Shown here one piece after another: positions 38,585 to 48,449 of a stretch of 64,000 bases of DNA. Positions within the stretch are counted from its first letter, which is position 1, and each line of letters begins with the position of its first letter. A program made the translations under genes and the position numbers. Source of the stretch: Rhodobiaceae bacterium (GTDB lineage: Bacteria; Pseudomonadota; Alphaproteobacteria; RS24); NCBI GenBank assembly GCA_018673175.1, contig JABHDF010000034.1, positions 7,931 to 71,930 of the forward strand, in the 5' to 3' direction. Below the pieces are notes generated by a model that did no database searches, had not been told where the DNA came from, and was given only the letters and a program-made list of their open reading frames with translations.

Positions 38585-39475
38585 CTAGACGCCCAGAAAA
38601 GCCAAAATATCCGGCCCAATCTCGTGTTCCAGTCCAGGCCCAATATCATGTCCCATGCCCTCGACGGGGCGCCAAATCGCCTTTGGCACATGAGCGGCAA
38701 TACTCTCGCCGCACACAGGCTTAATCAACGTGTCGGCCAGCCCATGAAGCACCATGAATGGCACCGTGATGGTTTGAAGCCGGGTCACCCGAGAGCCATC
38801 TGAAATCGCCGCCGCCATCTGGCGCACCACACCAGCGGGATGATAATTACGCGCGATGATTTTGCGCGCCATCTCGCGGCGCACGGGCTCGGGCGTTGGA
38901 AATTTCGGGCTCGAATGTTCCCCTTGGCTTTGGGTCAAATAGTCGATCAATGCGGCCTCATCTTCGGCGTCATCCGGCGGTGCCAATTCAGAGACACCCG
39001 GCATGGGCAGCTCTGGGTCGCTAGAGGTCGACATCACACAAATGACCTTCGCCATGCGCGCGCTATGGGAAAACGCTAAATGCTGCGCCACCATGCCGCC
39101 CAGAGACATGCCAAAAATATTTGCCGTCTCCACCCCCAAGGCATCCATCAGGGCCACAACATCGTCCGCCATATCGCCAATGCCGTAAGGCACGGGAAAC
39201 CCCGAGCCTTGGTCTTCCAAGAGGCCCATAATATCGGGAATGCCGGCGGCATCTAATTTCTGGCTTTCGCCAACATCGCGGTTGTCGAAAATAATCACTT
39301 CCAAGCCCGCTTTCGTAAAATACTCAATAAAAGCAGAAGGCCATTGAATCATTTGCGTGCCCAAACCCCGAATTAGAATCAGCGGCGCCAAGCCAGCGCT
39401 CTGCTCTGGTTGGAACCTTTGCATGCAAAGGCTGAGACCATTCGCTTGCACGATAGAGGGTTTATTTGTCGCCAT
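38585..39475 (-). CDS. alpha/beta hydrolase (esterase/lipase-like)
   Basis: GLGTQMIQWP, FDNRDVG.S, GMSLGG nucleophile elbow, HG.AD.LI, GMGHD. Confidence 0.88.
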   Translation of the reverse strand: MATNKPSIVQANGLSLCMQRFQPEQSAGLAPLILIRGLGTQMIQWPSAFIEYFTKAGLEVIIFDNRDVGESQKLDAAGIPDIMGLLEDQGSGFPVPYGIGDMADDVVALMDALGVETANIFGMSLGGMVAQHLAFSHSARMAKVICVMSTSSDPELPMPGVSELAPPDDAEDEAALIDYLTQSQGEHSSPKFPTPEPVRREMARKIIARNYHPAGVVRQMAAAISDGSRVTRLQTITVPFMVLHGLADTLIKPVCGESIAAHVPKAIWRPVEGMGHDIGPGLEHEIGPDILAFLGV

Positions 39476-39544
39476 GATGGTTCTCCCGTTTTATTTGCTT
39501 TTAGTCTATACTGTCGCTCACGCACCACGCAAATGGAAGCTTTC

Positions 39545-41287
39545 ATGCAAAGAGATTTCTCCGCCTTATCTAAAAATTCGTTCGACCTCGCCATCATTGG
39601 CGGTGGCGCCACAGGGGCGGCCATTGCATTGGATGCCAGCCTACGGGGCCTGCGGGTTGCGCTGATTGATAAGGGCGATTTCTCGTCAGCCACGTCGGCT
39701 GGCTCGTCGAAATTAATGCATGGGGGGTTGCGCTATTTGGCCAATGGCGACTTGGCCCAAGTGCGCGAAGGCCTGCGCGAGCGGCGCCATTGGAGCCGCA
39801 TGGCCAAACATTTGGTACATCCGCTGGCCTTTATCATTCCCACCTATGAGACCAGCCAACCGCGCCGCGCTTTGCTGAAAGTCGGCCTTTACCTTTATGA
39901 CATTCTCGCGTTCGACCGCAATCGCGCGGTCGACCCCATGCAAAAAATAGCGGGACATCGCTCGGTAACATCAGCGCAAGTTTTGGGCGTCAGCCCGGAC
40001 ACGCCGCGCGTCGGCGAACAAGGCACGCTGACCGGTGGGTTGATGTATCAAGACGGACAAATGCTCTCGCCAGAACGTTTGGTGCTGGCCATGTTGCGCA
40101 CGGCCGCGCAAGCCGGCGCCGTCGTGGTCAATCATTGCCAAGCGGTGAAATTTATTAAATCGGGAAATCTTATTACCGGCGTCCAAATCGAAGATGTGCT
40201 GACCCAAGAGACCGCCGAGATATCGGCGGATCTGGTTATCAATGCCGCCGGTCCTTGGGCCGACGAAATGATGAAATTAGGGGATGGAGAAAAGCTGACG
40301 AAAAAACTTGTCCGCTCCAAAGGCATTCATTTGGTGACGCGCGCGCTCACCCGTGGCACAGCGCTCACCGTGCCGGTGGGGGATGAGCATTTATTTATTT
40401 TGCCTTGGATGGGCAAAAGCCTTTTGGCGACCACCGATACAAAATTCGAGGATGCGCCCGACGCGGCCTGCGTCAGCGAGGCCGATATCACGCTCCTGCT
40501 GGATAAAACCAATGCTGTGCTGCCAGATGCTAAACTAACCCGCGAAGATGTGGTCTACGCCTATGTCGGTTTGCGACCTCTGGTGACCGATATCGCCGAC
40601 AGCGCCCAGACCACCTATGGCCTCTCGCGGGGCAGTGAAATTTATGACCATTTTGAACACGGCGGGCCAGACGGTTTGCTATCAGCCCTGGGCGGCAAAT
40701 GGACGACTTCGAGACGGCTTGGCGAAAAAATTGTTGATGCCGCCTTTGCTAAGTTGGGCCGCACACCATCGCGCAAACGCAGTGCCGACACGGTTTTAGC
40801 CTGTGCGCCGCGCGAAGACTTGGGCGATTTCATGGATGCCATGCGCGCGCAATATCCCAAACTAGAGACCGCGCACATCGACTTATTATCCCGCCTCTAT
40901 GGCTCGCTATTGCCACACATGATGGACAGCAAAATTAAAGGTTTGGAAAAACTAAAAGACCCTATTTTGGCGGCCCGCGTGAGCTTTGCGCTGAGCCAAG
41001 AAATGGCCATGCAGCTCAGCGACGTTGTTTTGCGGCGCTTGGTAGAGGGACAAACGAGCGAGCTAACCTCGGCACAAATAGAAATTATCGCGGCCTATAT
41101 GGCCAAAAAATATGCCTGGTCTGAGGACGATTTGAAACGCCAAAAAACCGATTTGGCCGTCCTGATGGCGCTCCCGTCCACGAAGAAAGCGGCGACAAAA
41201 ACAAAAGGCGGGACTAAGTCAAAGGGGAAGACTAAGCCCAAAGAAAAGCCCAAAGCCAAGCCGAAACCTAAATCAACCTCAAAATAA
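39545..41287 (+). CDS. glpD: FAD-dependent glycerol-3-phosphate dehydrogenase
   Basis: IIGGGATG, DF.SATS..SSKLMHGGLRYL, INAAGPW, SKGIHLV, GLRPL, GGKWTT. Confidence 0.88.
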   Translation: MQRDFSALSKNSFDLAIIGGGATGAAIALDASLRGLRVALIDKGDFSSATSAGSSKLMHGGLRYLANGDLAQVREGLRERRHWSRMAKHLVHPLAFIIPTYETSQPRRALLKVGLYLYDILAFDRNRAVDPMQKIAGHRSVTSAQVLGVSPDTPRVGEQGTLTGGLMYQDGQMLSPERLVLAMLRTAAQAGAVVVNHCQAVKFIKSGNLITGVQIEDVLTQETAEISADLVINAAGPWADEMMKLGDGEKLTKKLVRSKGIHLVTRALTRGTALTVPVGDEHLFILPWMGKSLLATTDTKFEDAPDAACVSEADITLLLDKTNAVLPDAKLTREDVVYAYVGLRPLVTDIADSAQTTYGLSRGSEIYDHFEHGGPDGLLSALGGKWTTSRRLGEKIVDAAFAKLGRTPSRKRSADTVLACAPREDLGDFMDAMRAQYPKLETAHIDLLSRLYGSLLPHMMDSKIKGLEKLKDPILAARVSFALSQEMAMQLSDVVLRRLVEGQTSELTSAQIEIIAAYMAKKYAWSEDDLKRQKTDLAVLMALPSTKKAATKTKGGTKSKGKTKPKEKPKAKPKPKSTSK

Positions 41288-41294
41288 TTTCGCT

Positions 41295-42845
41295 TTACCC
41301 GACGCGGCGGCCATGGTCCTTCCAATAAGGGTCGCGCAACTCACGGCGCAGTATTTTACCCGAAGGATTGCGCGGCAGCGCCTCGACATAATCCACCGAC
41401 TTGGGCAATTTATACCCGGCAATACGCGTGCGCGCGAAAGCGATAATATCTTCTGGGCTTGCCGAAGCGCCCGCTTCTAGCACCACGCAGGCTTTGACGG
41501 CCTCGCCCCATTTTTCGTCCGGCACCCCAATGACCGCCACATCGGCAATATCTGGATGCGCATATAAAGCGTTCTCAACTTCGGCCGGATAAATATTTTC
41601 CCCACCCGACACGATCATATCTTTCACGCGGTCATGGATAAAGACATAGCCTTCGTCGTCGAAAAATCCGGCGTCGCCTGAATAGAACCAGTCGTTGCGC
41701 ACGGCGTCTTTTGTGGCATCGGGTTTGGCCCAATAGCCTTTCATAATGGCCACAGAGCGCATGGTAATTTCGCCCACTTCGCCTTGCGCTACCTCTTTGC
41801 CTTGCTCATCCACAATGCGAATTTCGACGCCCTTATTGGGCTTGCCGCAACTGCGTAATTTTTGGCGCGCTGGATCATGATCCTCTGGCAGCAAATGCGT
41901 GCCACTGCCCGTGGTTTCGGTAAGCCCATAGACTTGCACAAAATCGCAGCCAAATTTTTCACCCGCTTGCAGCAATAATTCTTCGGCAATCGGCGAGGCC
42001 CCATAGACCACTTGGCGCACGCTCGAGACATCGGCGTCGCCAATATTGGGCAGCTGCATCAGGAATAAAATAACCGCTGGCACCATGAAGAGGATGGAGA
42101 TTTTCTCGACCTCAATCAGGCGTAAAATTTCAACCGGGTCGACCTCAGGCAACACCGTAACTTTCGCGCCTTCAAACAGCCCGATAAGACCCACATTCAC
42201 GCCCGCGATATGAAACAAAGGCATGCACAAAAGAACATGATCTTCGGTTTTCCAATTGGCCCATTCGTGCGCTTGCTCTAGTGCGCTGTGCATATTTTCA
42301 TTGGTTAATTGCACGCCCTTAGGGTGGCCGGTCGTACCAGAGGTATACAGCTGAATAAAATCATCGCTCGCTGCGCAAGCCAAGCGCACCGGCTCAGCCT
42401 TGGCGCTATCGCGCCATTGCGCAAAAGAAGTCCAGCTCGCGTGGCTACCATCCATGGAAACCACCTGACGCACGCTTGGGCAATCCGCCAAAATGCTCTC
42501 CATCAGGGGAGCAAAATCTTCGGTGACAAACACCATTTCGGCTTTCGCATCATTGAGCACATAAGCCACTTCCGGCGCCGCCAACCGCGAGTTCACCCCA
42601 ACCACAACGGCACGGGACTTTTGGGCGCCCAAGAGCATCTGAAAATATATGTCCGAATTGCCGCCCAGATAAGCCACCCGAGCCTCCGGCGAAATGCCGT
42701 CCGAGATGAACTTTTGCGCCACTTGGTCGCTCCATTGGCTCAACTCGCGATAGCTGGTTTCTTGGCCTTGGCACACAAGGGCCGTCGCGTCTCCGCGTTT
42801 GGCCGCTTGGGCCTCAAAGGCTTCCACAAAAATAAAATCGCTCAT
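41295..42845 (-). CDS. long-chain fatty-acid-CoA ligase
   Basis: YTSGTTGHPKG, YGLTET, SGDAG, DRVKDMIVSGGENIYPAEVE, LPRNPSGK. Confidence 0.92.
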   Translation of the reverse strand: MSDFIFVEAFEAQAAKRGDATALVCQGQETSYRELSQWSDQVAQKFISDGISPEARVAYLGGNSDIYFQMLLGAQKSRAVVVGVNSRLAAPEVAYVLNDAKAEMVFVTEDFAPLMESILADCPSVRQVVSMDGSHASWTSFAQWRDSAKAEPVRLACAASDDFIQLYTSGTTGHPKGVQLTNENMHSALEQAHEWANWKTEDHVLLCMPLFHIAGVNVGLIGLFEGAKVTVLPEVDPVEILRLIEVEKISILFMVPAVILFLMQLPNIGDADVSSVRQVVYGASPIAEELLLQAGEKFGCDFVQVYGLTETTGSGTHLLPEDHDPARQKLRSCGKPNKGVEIRIVDEQGKEVAQGEVGEITMRSVAIMKGYWAKPDATKDAVRNDWFYSGDAGFFDDEGYVFIHDRVKDMIVSGGENIYPAEVENALYAHPDIADVAVIGVPDEKWGEAVKACVVLEAGASASPEDIIAFARTRIAGYKLPKSVDYVEALPRNPSGKILRRELRDPYWKDHGRRVG

Positions 42846-42948
42846 GTTTTCCTCTCCCTATTTTCAATCAGCTTACCGCGCAAAAAGACGATGTAAAGAG
42901 CCCTGTTATGGGTTAGCCTTGTCGCATTGCGATAAGCTTGGGAGAGAG

Positions 42949-43923
42949 ATGATGCAACTCGGACATCCAAAATTTGCCTATGAAAAGGGCCTGCACCAAA
43001 TTGGCAATGGTGCCTATGCTTGGCTACAGCCCGATGGCGGCTGGGGTTGGTCAAACGCCGGACTGGTGGTCGATGGCGATCAGTCTCTGCTGGTCGACAC
43101 GCTATTTGATGTGCCGCTGACCCTAGATATGTTGGCCGCCTATAAAGATGCGGAAAACGCTGCGCAAACCATCAATACAGTGGTCAACACGCATCACAAT
43201 GGCGACCACTGCAATGGCAATTGCTGCTGCCCCGATGCGCGCATCATTGCGCATCGCGCAACGGCCGAACATATGCAAGCCGAGCCCCCCGAAATGATGC
43301 AAAGCTTTCTCGATGCCGCCCCTGATTTGGGCGAGATGGGCAAATATTTCACCAGCTGCTTTGGCCCGTTTGATTTTAAATCGGTAACCCAAAAACTGCC
43401 CGACACGCTTATCGACGCAGAGACTACGGTGAAAGTGGGCGATAAAGATGTCCATCTCATTCCCGTGGGTCCCGCCCATACGCCCGGCGATACGCTGGCC
43501 TATGTGCCCGCCGACCGCACGGTTTATACGGGCGATATTTTGTTCATTGGTGGCCACCCGATTATTTGGGAAGGGCCTGTACAAAATTGGATCGATGCCT
43601 GCGACCGCATTATCGATATGGATGTGGAAACCATTGTGCCCGGCCACGGCCCCATCACCACCAAGGCGGGTGTCGAGGAAGTGCGCCATTATATGGTGAC
43701 CATGCGCAATGAAGCTCGCGCCCGCTACGAAGCTGGCATGACCTATAAAGAAGCCGCCTTTGATATCGCCTTGGGCGTGTTCGATGATTGGGGCGACAGA
43801 GAACGCATTGTGATTAATTGCGCCACTATGTTTCATGAATTTGGGGCGCAAGGAAAACCCGAAATTGCCGAGCTATTTACCGCCATGGCAGACTATGCCG
43901 CCGCCCGTCCTCAAAAAGACTAA
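42949..43923 (+). CDS. metallo-beta-lactamase-fold hydrolase (cyclase-like subfamily)
   Basis: WGWSNAGLV, LVDTLFD, NTHHNGDH, AHTPGD, GDILF, VPGHGP. Confidence 0.85.
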   Translation: MMQLGHPKFAYEKGLHQIGNGAYAWLQPDGGWGWSNAGLVVDGDQSLLVDTLFDVPLTLDMLAAYKDAENAAQTINTVVNTHHNGDHCNGNCCCPDARIIAHRATAEHMQAEPPEMMQSFLDAAPDLGEMGKYFTSCFGPFDFKSVTQKLPDTLIDAETTVKVGDKDVHLIPVGPAHTPGDTLAYVPADRTVYTGDILFIGGHPIIWEGPVQNWIDACDRIIDMDVETIVPGHGPITTKAGVEEVRHYMVTMRNEARARYEAGMTYKEAAFDIALGVFDDWGDRERIVINCATMFHEFGAQGKPEIAELFTAMADYAAARPQKD

Positions 43924-43932
43924 GGTAGCAAG

Positions 43933-44172
43933 ATGACCGAAATTGACGCGACGGGCCTGACCTGCCCCATGCCGGTTTTGCGGCTGCAAAAAGTGTTGCG
44001 CGACACGCCCTCCAAGGCGCGCGTCACCCTTTTGGCCACCGACCCTATGGCTAAAATAGATGTGCCGCATTTCCTGTCTGAAAACGGCCACACGCTCCTC
44101 GACCAGCGCGCGCAAGACAAAGCGGGGCCTGGTGGATTGGATTTGCTAATTTTTGAAGTGGAAAAAGCCTAA
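43933..44172 (+). CDS. tusA: TusA family sulfur carrier
   Basis: IDATGLTCPMPVL, LATDP.A.IDVPHF. Confidence 0.88.
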   Translation: MTEIDATGLTCPMPVLRLQKVLRDTPSKARVTLLATDPMAKIDVPHFLSENGHTLLDQRAQDKAGPGGLDLLIFEVEKA

Positions 44173-44516
44173 GCGCTAAAGCTGGCTTGCACGTCTTTAC
44201 TAAAACCGACACTGACCACCCCATCGCGTTCGATGACGGGTCGTTTGATCAACGTTGGATTGGCCACCATGAGGGCCACAAGGTCGTTTGTGTCTGCGTT
44301 GTCTTTATCCGCATCGCTCAATTTGCGCCAACTGGTGCCGCGTTTATTAAGCAGCACGTCCATCGGCTGCTGGCTCAGCCAGCTTTCAATTTGTGCGCGC
44401 TCCAGACCTTGTTTGCGAAAATCATAGAAGCTGACCTCATGGCCTTGCTCGGCCAAAAACACACGGGCTTTTTTCACCGTATCGCAATTCGCAATGCCGT
44501 AGACGGTGATGGCCAT
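44169..44516 (-). CDS. ArsC/Spx family reductase (YffB-like)
   Basis: YGIANCDTVKKA, DFRKQG, LLNKRGTSWRKL, PTLIKRPV. Confidence 0.9.
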   Translation of the reverse strand: MAITVYGIANCDTVKKARVFLAEQGHEVSFYDFRKQGLERAQIESWLSQQPMDVLLNKRGTSWRKLSDADKDNADTNDLVALMVANPTLIKRPVIERDGVVSVGFSKDVQASFSA

Positions 44517-45250
44517 TATTCGGCGGCCAAATAGCCTGCGGTTTGCAAATCAGGCGTGGCGTCAATAATTTCGCGATAGGCCAAAGGCGTGGCGACGCCC
44601 AATTGGCGACGCACTTCTTCGAGCGGTTGGGTCAGTAAATATTCCCAATCTGCGGCCGGCAGACCTTTGGCCGCCTTGCCCAAACGAAAGGCTTCGCGCA
44701 AGGCTTTGCCGATGCCCAATTCAGGTGTTTCTTTGCGGGTCACCAAAAAGCCAGCGCCGATGATAACCAAAATGCCAAGGTTGCCGAGCTGGCGGTAGGT
44801 CACTGCCAAAAGGCACAGCTCGCCCAAAGGATCGCGGCCATACCCGGTGGTGACGTGCCAAAGGTCGTGCGCATCGCGCATCCGTTCGTGATAGCGAATT
44901 TGTTCCGCGCTGATTTCTTGCACATCCTCTGGACGGCCTTCCACGCTGGCCTCGGTAAGGCCATCGGCGGTGATTTGCTCGACTTTGGTAAAATTATAAT
45001 ACCGCGCGCCGAGCGAACCTTTTGGCAGGCTCGCCAACCACTCGCGGTCTTTTAAAAATTCCAACAAAGGTTTCTTCGCCTCAATAAGGCGCGGCCCCTG
45101 CTCGGTTTTCAAAAACCGCGAAAACGCCCGCGCGCCGGAATTACCCGACAGGGCTTCCAAGATTACGAAAACTTGTTTGGTATCTTCTTTGTCGGCGATG
45201 AGATTTTTCACCGCGCCAGAGATACGTTTAAATTTGCTTTCACCAGACAT
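44516..45250 (-). CDS. Coq4 family protein
   Basis: L..LP.GSLG..Y..F and RDAHDLWHVTTGYGRDPLGE (HDxxH-x11-E metal motif), WE.LL.QPLEEVR..LG. Confidence 0.8.
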   Translation of the reverse strand: MSGESKFKRISGAVKNLIADKEDTKQVFVILEALSGNSGARAFSRFLKTEQGPRLIEAKKPLLEFLKDREWLASLPKGSLGARYYNFTKVEQITADGLTEASVEGRPEDVQEISAEQIRYHERMRDAHDLWHVTTGYGRDPLGELCLLAVTYRQLGNLGILVIIGAGFLVTRKETPELGIGKALREAFRLGKAAKGLPAADWEYLLTQPLEEVRRQLGVATPLAYREIIDATPDLQTAGYLAAE

Positions 45251-45370
45251 TGTCGAGCTCCTGTTTATAGCTTCAAAATATACACATTTGAGCCACTTAA
45301 GGCTAGCTAAACACGCAAGCCCTAGAGGCGCGTGTGGGCGCTATAGCAAACGGTACAAAAGAAAAATGGC

Positions 45371-45457
45371 TGGTGCCCTTGGGCGGACTCGAACCGCCAC
45401 TCCCGTTAAGGAAACGGATTTTGAATCCGTCGCGTCTACCAATTCCACCACAAGGGC
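45371..45457 (-). tRNA. tRNA-Leu(CAA)
   Basis: Reverse complement GCCCTTG...ACGGA-TTCAAAA-TCCGT, long variable arm, TTCGAGT, CAAGGGC-ACCA. Confidence 0.97.
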
Positions 45458-45526
45458 CGACCAGCCCCCCTCATTTGCCCGATAATGGGCGCGGCGTCAA
45501 TGCCTGCGACCCATCAAACGCAAAAA

Positions 45527-47296
45527 TTAGTGGACGGCATCGTCATGGTCGTGCTGCCAGACACTTCGGGTCACCATTCGAGCATGCGCAAATAAATCCG
45601 CCTCATGAATAATGCCCACCAAAACGCCCGATTTTAAAACGGGGACGCCCTCGCCCAAAAAATCGCGCATCGCGGTTTGGGCATAAAGCGCATTATCATG
45701 GGCTTGCAAAATAAGCGGCGTGCGCTCTTGCAAGGGCAGACACATGGCGTCGTCGGGTTGGCGCACCAAGTCATAGAGGCAAATTTTACCGGCCCATTGC
45801 CCCTCGCCATCCAATAAATGCGCCTCCGCGCAATGCGCTTCCGCCATTTTTGTCGTCGCTTGGCGAACACTTACATTGGCTGGCAGGGTCAAATAATCGG
45901 CCGACATCAGAGCCGTGACGGGGGTTTGTTGTAAAGCCAAGCTCTCGCGCCCCAGCGATAAATCAACGCCCTTGGCCAAGAGCTGCGGCTCGAACACCGA
46001 GCGGGTGGAAAGCCGCGACGACAAAAGATTGGCAATCACAATGGTCACGACAATGGCGGTGGTGGCGGCATAATTTTGCGACAGCTCAAAGCTCAGCAAA
46101 ATAACCGCCAAGGGCGCGCCCAACATAGAGCTGGCCATGGCCGACATTCCGGCCAAAACAAACAGGGCCGTATCGGGCGTATAGCCCGTCATGGGCGCCA
46201 AGAGGCTTAACCAACCTGCCATCACCCCGCCCAGCGCCGCGCCAATAAAAAGGGCTGGAGCGACAATGCCGCCGTGGAAAAACAAAGTAAGACAAATCCC
46301 CGCCGCAATGATTTTAAGCAGCAGTAAAATCAACAAGGCGCCCGGCGCAATCTCGCCCTGCATCATGGCCGATATCGTATCCAACCCAGGGCCTAAAATA
46401 GACGGCGCAAAATGTGCCAAAATGCCAATCGACAGTCCGGCCAAGGCAGGCTGCAACCAAGTGGGGATAGCGGCGCGGACCAAGCGCAAACGCAGGCGCG
46501 CCACAAACCGCATCACCACCACCGCAGCCAGTCCCGCCAACACGCCCAAAAGCATCAGCATCACAATATCTGCGGGGCCGGCCATGCGGGTTTCAAATAT
46601 CGGCAAAATCGTAATGTGCTGATTTAATATTTCGCCGGAAAACACATATGCCGCCGCCGAAGCCAAGCTAACCGGCGCGAAAAACCGCAAATTATAATGG
46701 CGCAGCACCACCTCATGCGCGAAAATAATACCGGCCAAAGGCGCGCTAAAGGCCGCCGAAATAGCCGCCGCCACGCCAGCGCCCAGAGCCATTTCGGCAT
46801 ATTGCGGCGATAGGTTTAACAGCCGTTTGGTGCTGGCCGCCAGACTTGCGCCCAACACCACCAAGGGTCCGTAAAGCCCCGTGGTTGAGCCCGCGCCAAT
46901 GGCCATCACAGATTTCAACAAGCTGACATACCCCCCCGTGCGCGACACCACAGGGTCAGGCTCATGGGCGGCATGGATCACATCGGCCAGCTCGACCGGG
47001 CGTCGCGGCGTCAGCCAAACCAAAAGCCCGCCAATGGCGAGGCCCGAAAGCGTGGGAACCAGAATTAAAGTGGGGTGAAACCCATGCCAGCCAATTTGGT
47101 CGGGCGCCGAGACTGGCTGCCAAAGCGACAATAAAACTTCCACCGCGCCAAAAGAGGCCAACGCCGCATAAGCCACCACCACGCCCAACACCAGACCGGT
47201 GGCGGTAATGCCAAGCCCATGGCGCAGCCGCGCCGTCATTTCGGCCAGAGATTTAGCCAAACGTTGTTTTGCAGCGGGGTCTAGGGTTGTTTTCAT
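45527..47296 (-). CDS. ClC-family anion channel/transporter with C-terminal CBS domains, non-canonical motifs
   Basis: G.AAAISAAF.APLAGIIFAHEV, GGIVAPALFIGA, LGAPLA...L.FEL..NY, many TM helices. Confidence 0.88.
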   Translation of the reverse strand: MKTTLDPAAKQRLAKSLAEMTARLRHGLGITATGLVLGVVVAYAALASFGAVEVLLSLWQPVSAPDQIGWHGFHPTLILVPTLSGLAIGGLLVWLTPRRPVELADVIHAAHEPDPVVSRTGGYVSLLKSVMAIGAGSTTGLYGPLVVLGASLAASTKRLLNLSPQYAEMALGAGVAAAISAAFSAPLAGIIFAHEVVLRHYNLRFFAPVSLASAAAYVFSGEILNQHITILPIFETRMAGPADIVMLMLLGVLAGLAAVVVMRFVARLRLRLVRAAIPTWLQPALAGLSIGILAHFAPSILGPGLDTISAMMQGEIAPGALLILLLLKIIAAGICLTLFFHGGIVAPALFIGAALGGVMAGWLSLLAPMTGYTPDTALFVLAGMSAMASSMLGAPLAVILLSFELSQNYAATTAIVVTIVIANLLSSRLSTRSVFEPQLLAKGVDLSLGRESLALQQTPVTALMSADYLTLPANVSVRQATTKMAEAHCAEAHLLDGEGQWAGKICLYDLVRQPDDAMCLPLQERTPLILQAHDNALYAQTAMRDFLGEGVPVLKSGVLVGIIHEADLFAHARMVTRSVWQHDHDDAVH

Positions 47297-47370
47297 AAAT
47301 AAACCTATCGAGGATTCGCGTGAGCCACAAAACTCTTTTCATTGCTGGGGGAGAGCGTTAGTCTCGCGCC

Positions 47371-47952
47371 ATGTTACGCGCCCTATATGACAAAACGCTA
47401 AAAGTTTCTGCCCATCGCCATGCGGGGTGGGGATTGGCTGGCGTGTCGTTTTTGGAAAGCTCCGTGTTTCCCATTCCGCCAGACGTTGTTTTGCTACCCA
47501 TGGTATTGGCGAACCGCGCCAAAGCATGGTGGCTGGCCAGTATCTGCACTTTGGCCTCGGTCTTGGGGGCCTTATTTGGCTATGCCATTGGCTATGCACT
47601 TTTCGAATCCATCGGCCAACCGATTATCGCCTTTTATAATGGCCAAGCTGCTTTTGATAAATTCCTTGGCTTTTATGATTTATGGGGGGTCTGGGTTGTG
47701 CTGGCCGCCGCGATTAGCTTTTTGCCCTTTAAAGTAGCCACCGTTGCCAGCGGCGTTTCAGGATTGGCCTTAGGGCCCTTTGTCTTGGCCAGTGTTTTGG
47801 GCCGCGGCCTTCGGTTTTTTGGCGTTGCCGCGCTGATTTATTATTTCGGGCCGCAAATGCGCGTGTTGATTGATAAATATTTCAACCTCTTGTCATTTGT
47901 GTTTATCGCTCTTTTGATTTTGGGCGCGGTTCTTCTAGGCGCCGTAGGATGA
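47371..47952 (+). CDS. YqaA/DedA family membrane protein
   Basis: SFLESSVFPIPPD, ASVLG...GYAIG, LPFKV.T.ASG, GRGLRFF. Confidence 0.9.
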   Translation: MLRALYDKTLKVSAHRHAGWGLAGVSFLESSVFPIPPDVVLLPMVLANRAKAWWLASICTLASVLGALFGYAIGYALFESIGQPIIAFYNGQAAFDKFLGFYDLWGVWVVLAAAISFLPFKVATVASGVSGLALGPFVLASVLGRGLRFFGVAALIYYFGPQMRVLIDKYFNLLSFVFIALLILGAVLLGAVG

Positions 47953-48449
47953 TCGCGCGCCTCGATTTACGCGCCCGCATTGGCTTGGTGTTCGCCTTGG
48001 CCGCCCTGGTCATTGGCGCCGCTTTGGCCAGCGAGATATTTGCTGGCCTCACCCCTTGCGCCTTATGTCTCAAACAACGCGTGCCTTATTACTTAGCTTT
48101 GCCGCTTTTAGGCTTGGCTTATTTTTATGCCCCTTTTGGCAAGCTCGCTTCGCGCGGGTTGCTGGTCACGGTGGGCGTGGTGTTTTTAAGTGGCGCCGGG
48201 CTTGGTGTCTATCATGCGGGCATCGAATATGGGTTTTGGGCCGGACCAGCCACATGTGGCGGCGGTGGCGCCATGGCCAGCTCCCCCCAAGCGCTTTTAT
48301 TGGCGCTGGAAAGCCAAAGCCTGGTGCGCTGTGATGCCCCAGCTTGGAGCCTTTTCGGCATCTCTTTGGCAGGCTATAATGCGCTGGCAAGTTTAGGCCT
48401 AGCCGCGATTGCTTTTGGCACCTTGCGGCACGAAGAGGATAAAACATGA
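47949..48449 (+). CDS. DsbB-family disulfide bond formation protein
   Basis: PCALCL.QR.PY, YHAGIE..FW.GPATC, VRCD...WSLFGISLAGYN. Confidence 0.88.
   Translation: MIARLDLRARIGLVFALAALVIGAALASEIFAGLTPCALCLKQRVPYYLALPLLGLAYFYAPFGKLASRGLLVTVGVVFLSGAGLGVYHAGIEYGFWAGPATCGGGGAMASSPQALLLALESQSLVRCDAPAWSLFGISLAGYNALASLGLAAIAFGTLRHEEDKT

Noticed and set aside
45297-45312. TTAA-N7-TAAAC near-match to a CtrA box upstream of the Coq4-like gene
   Set aside because: One mismatch in an AT-rich gap and no cell-cycle context; likely chance.
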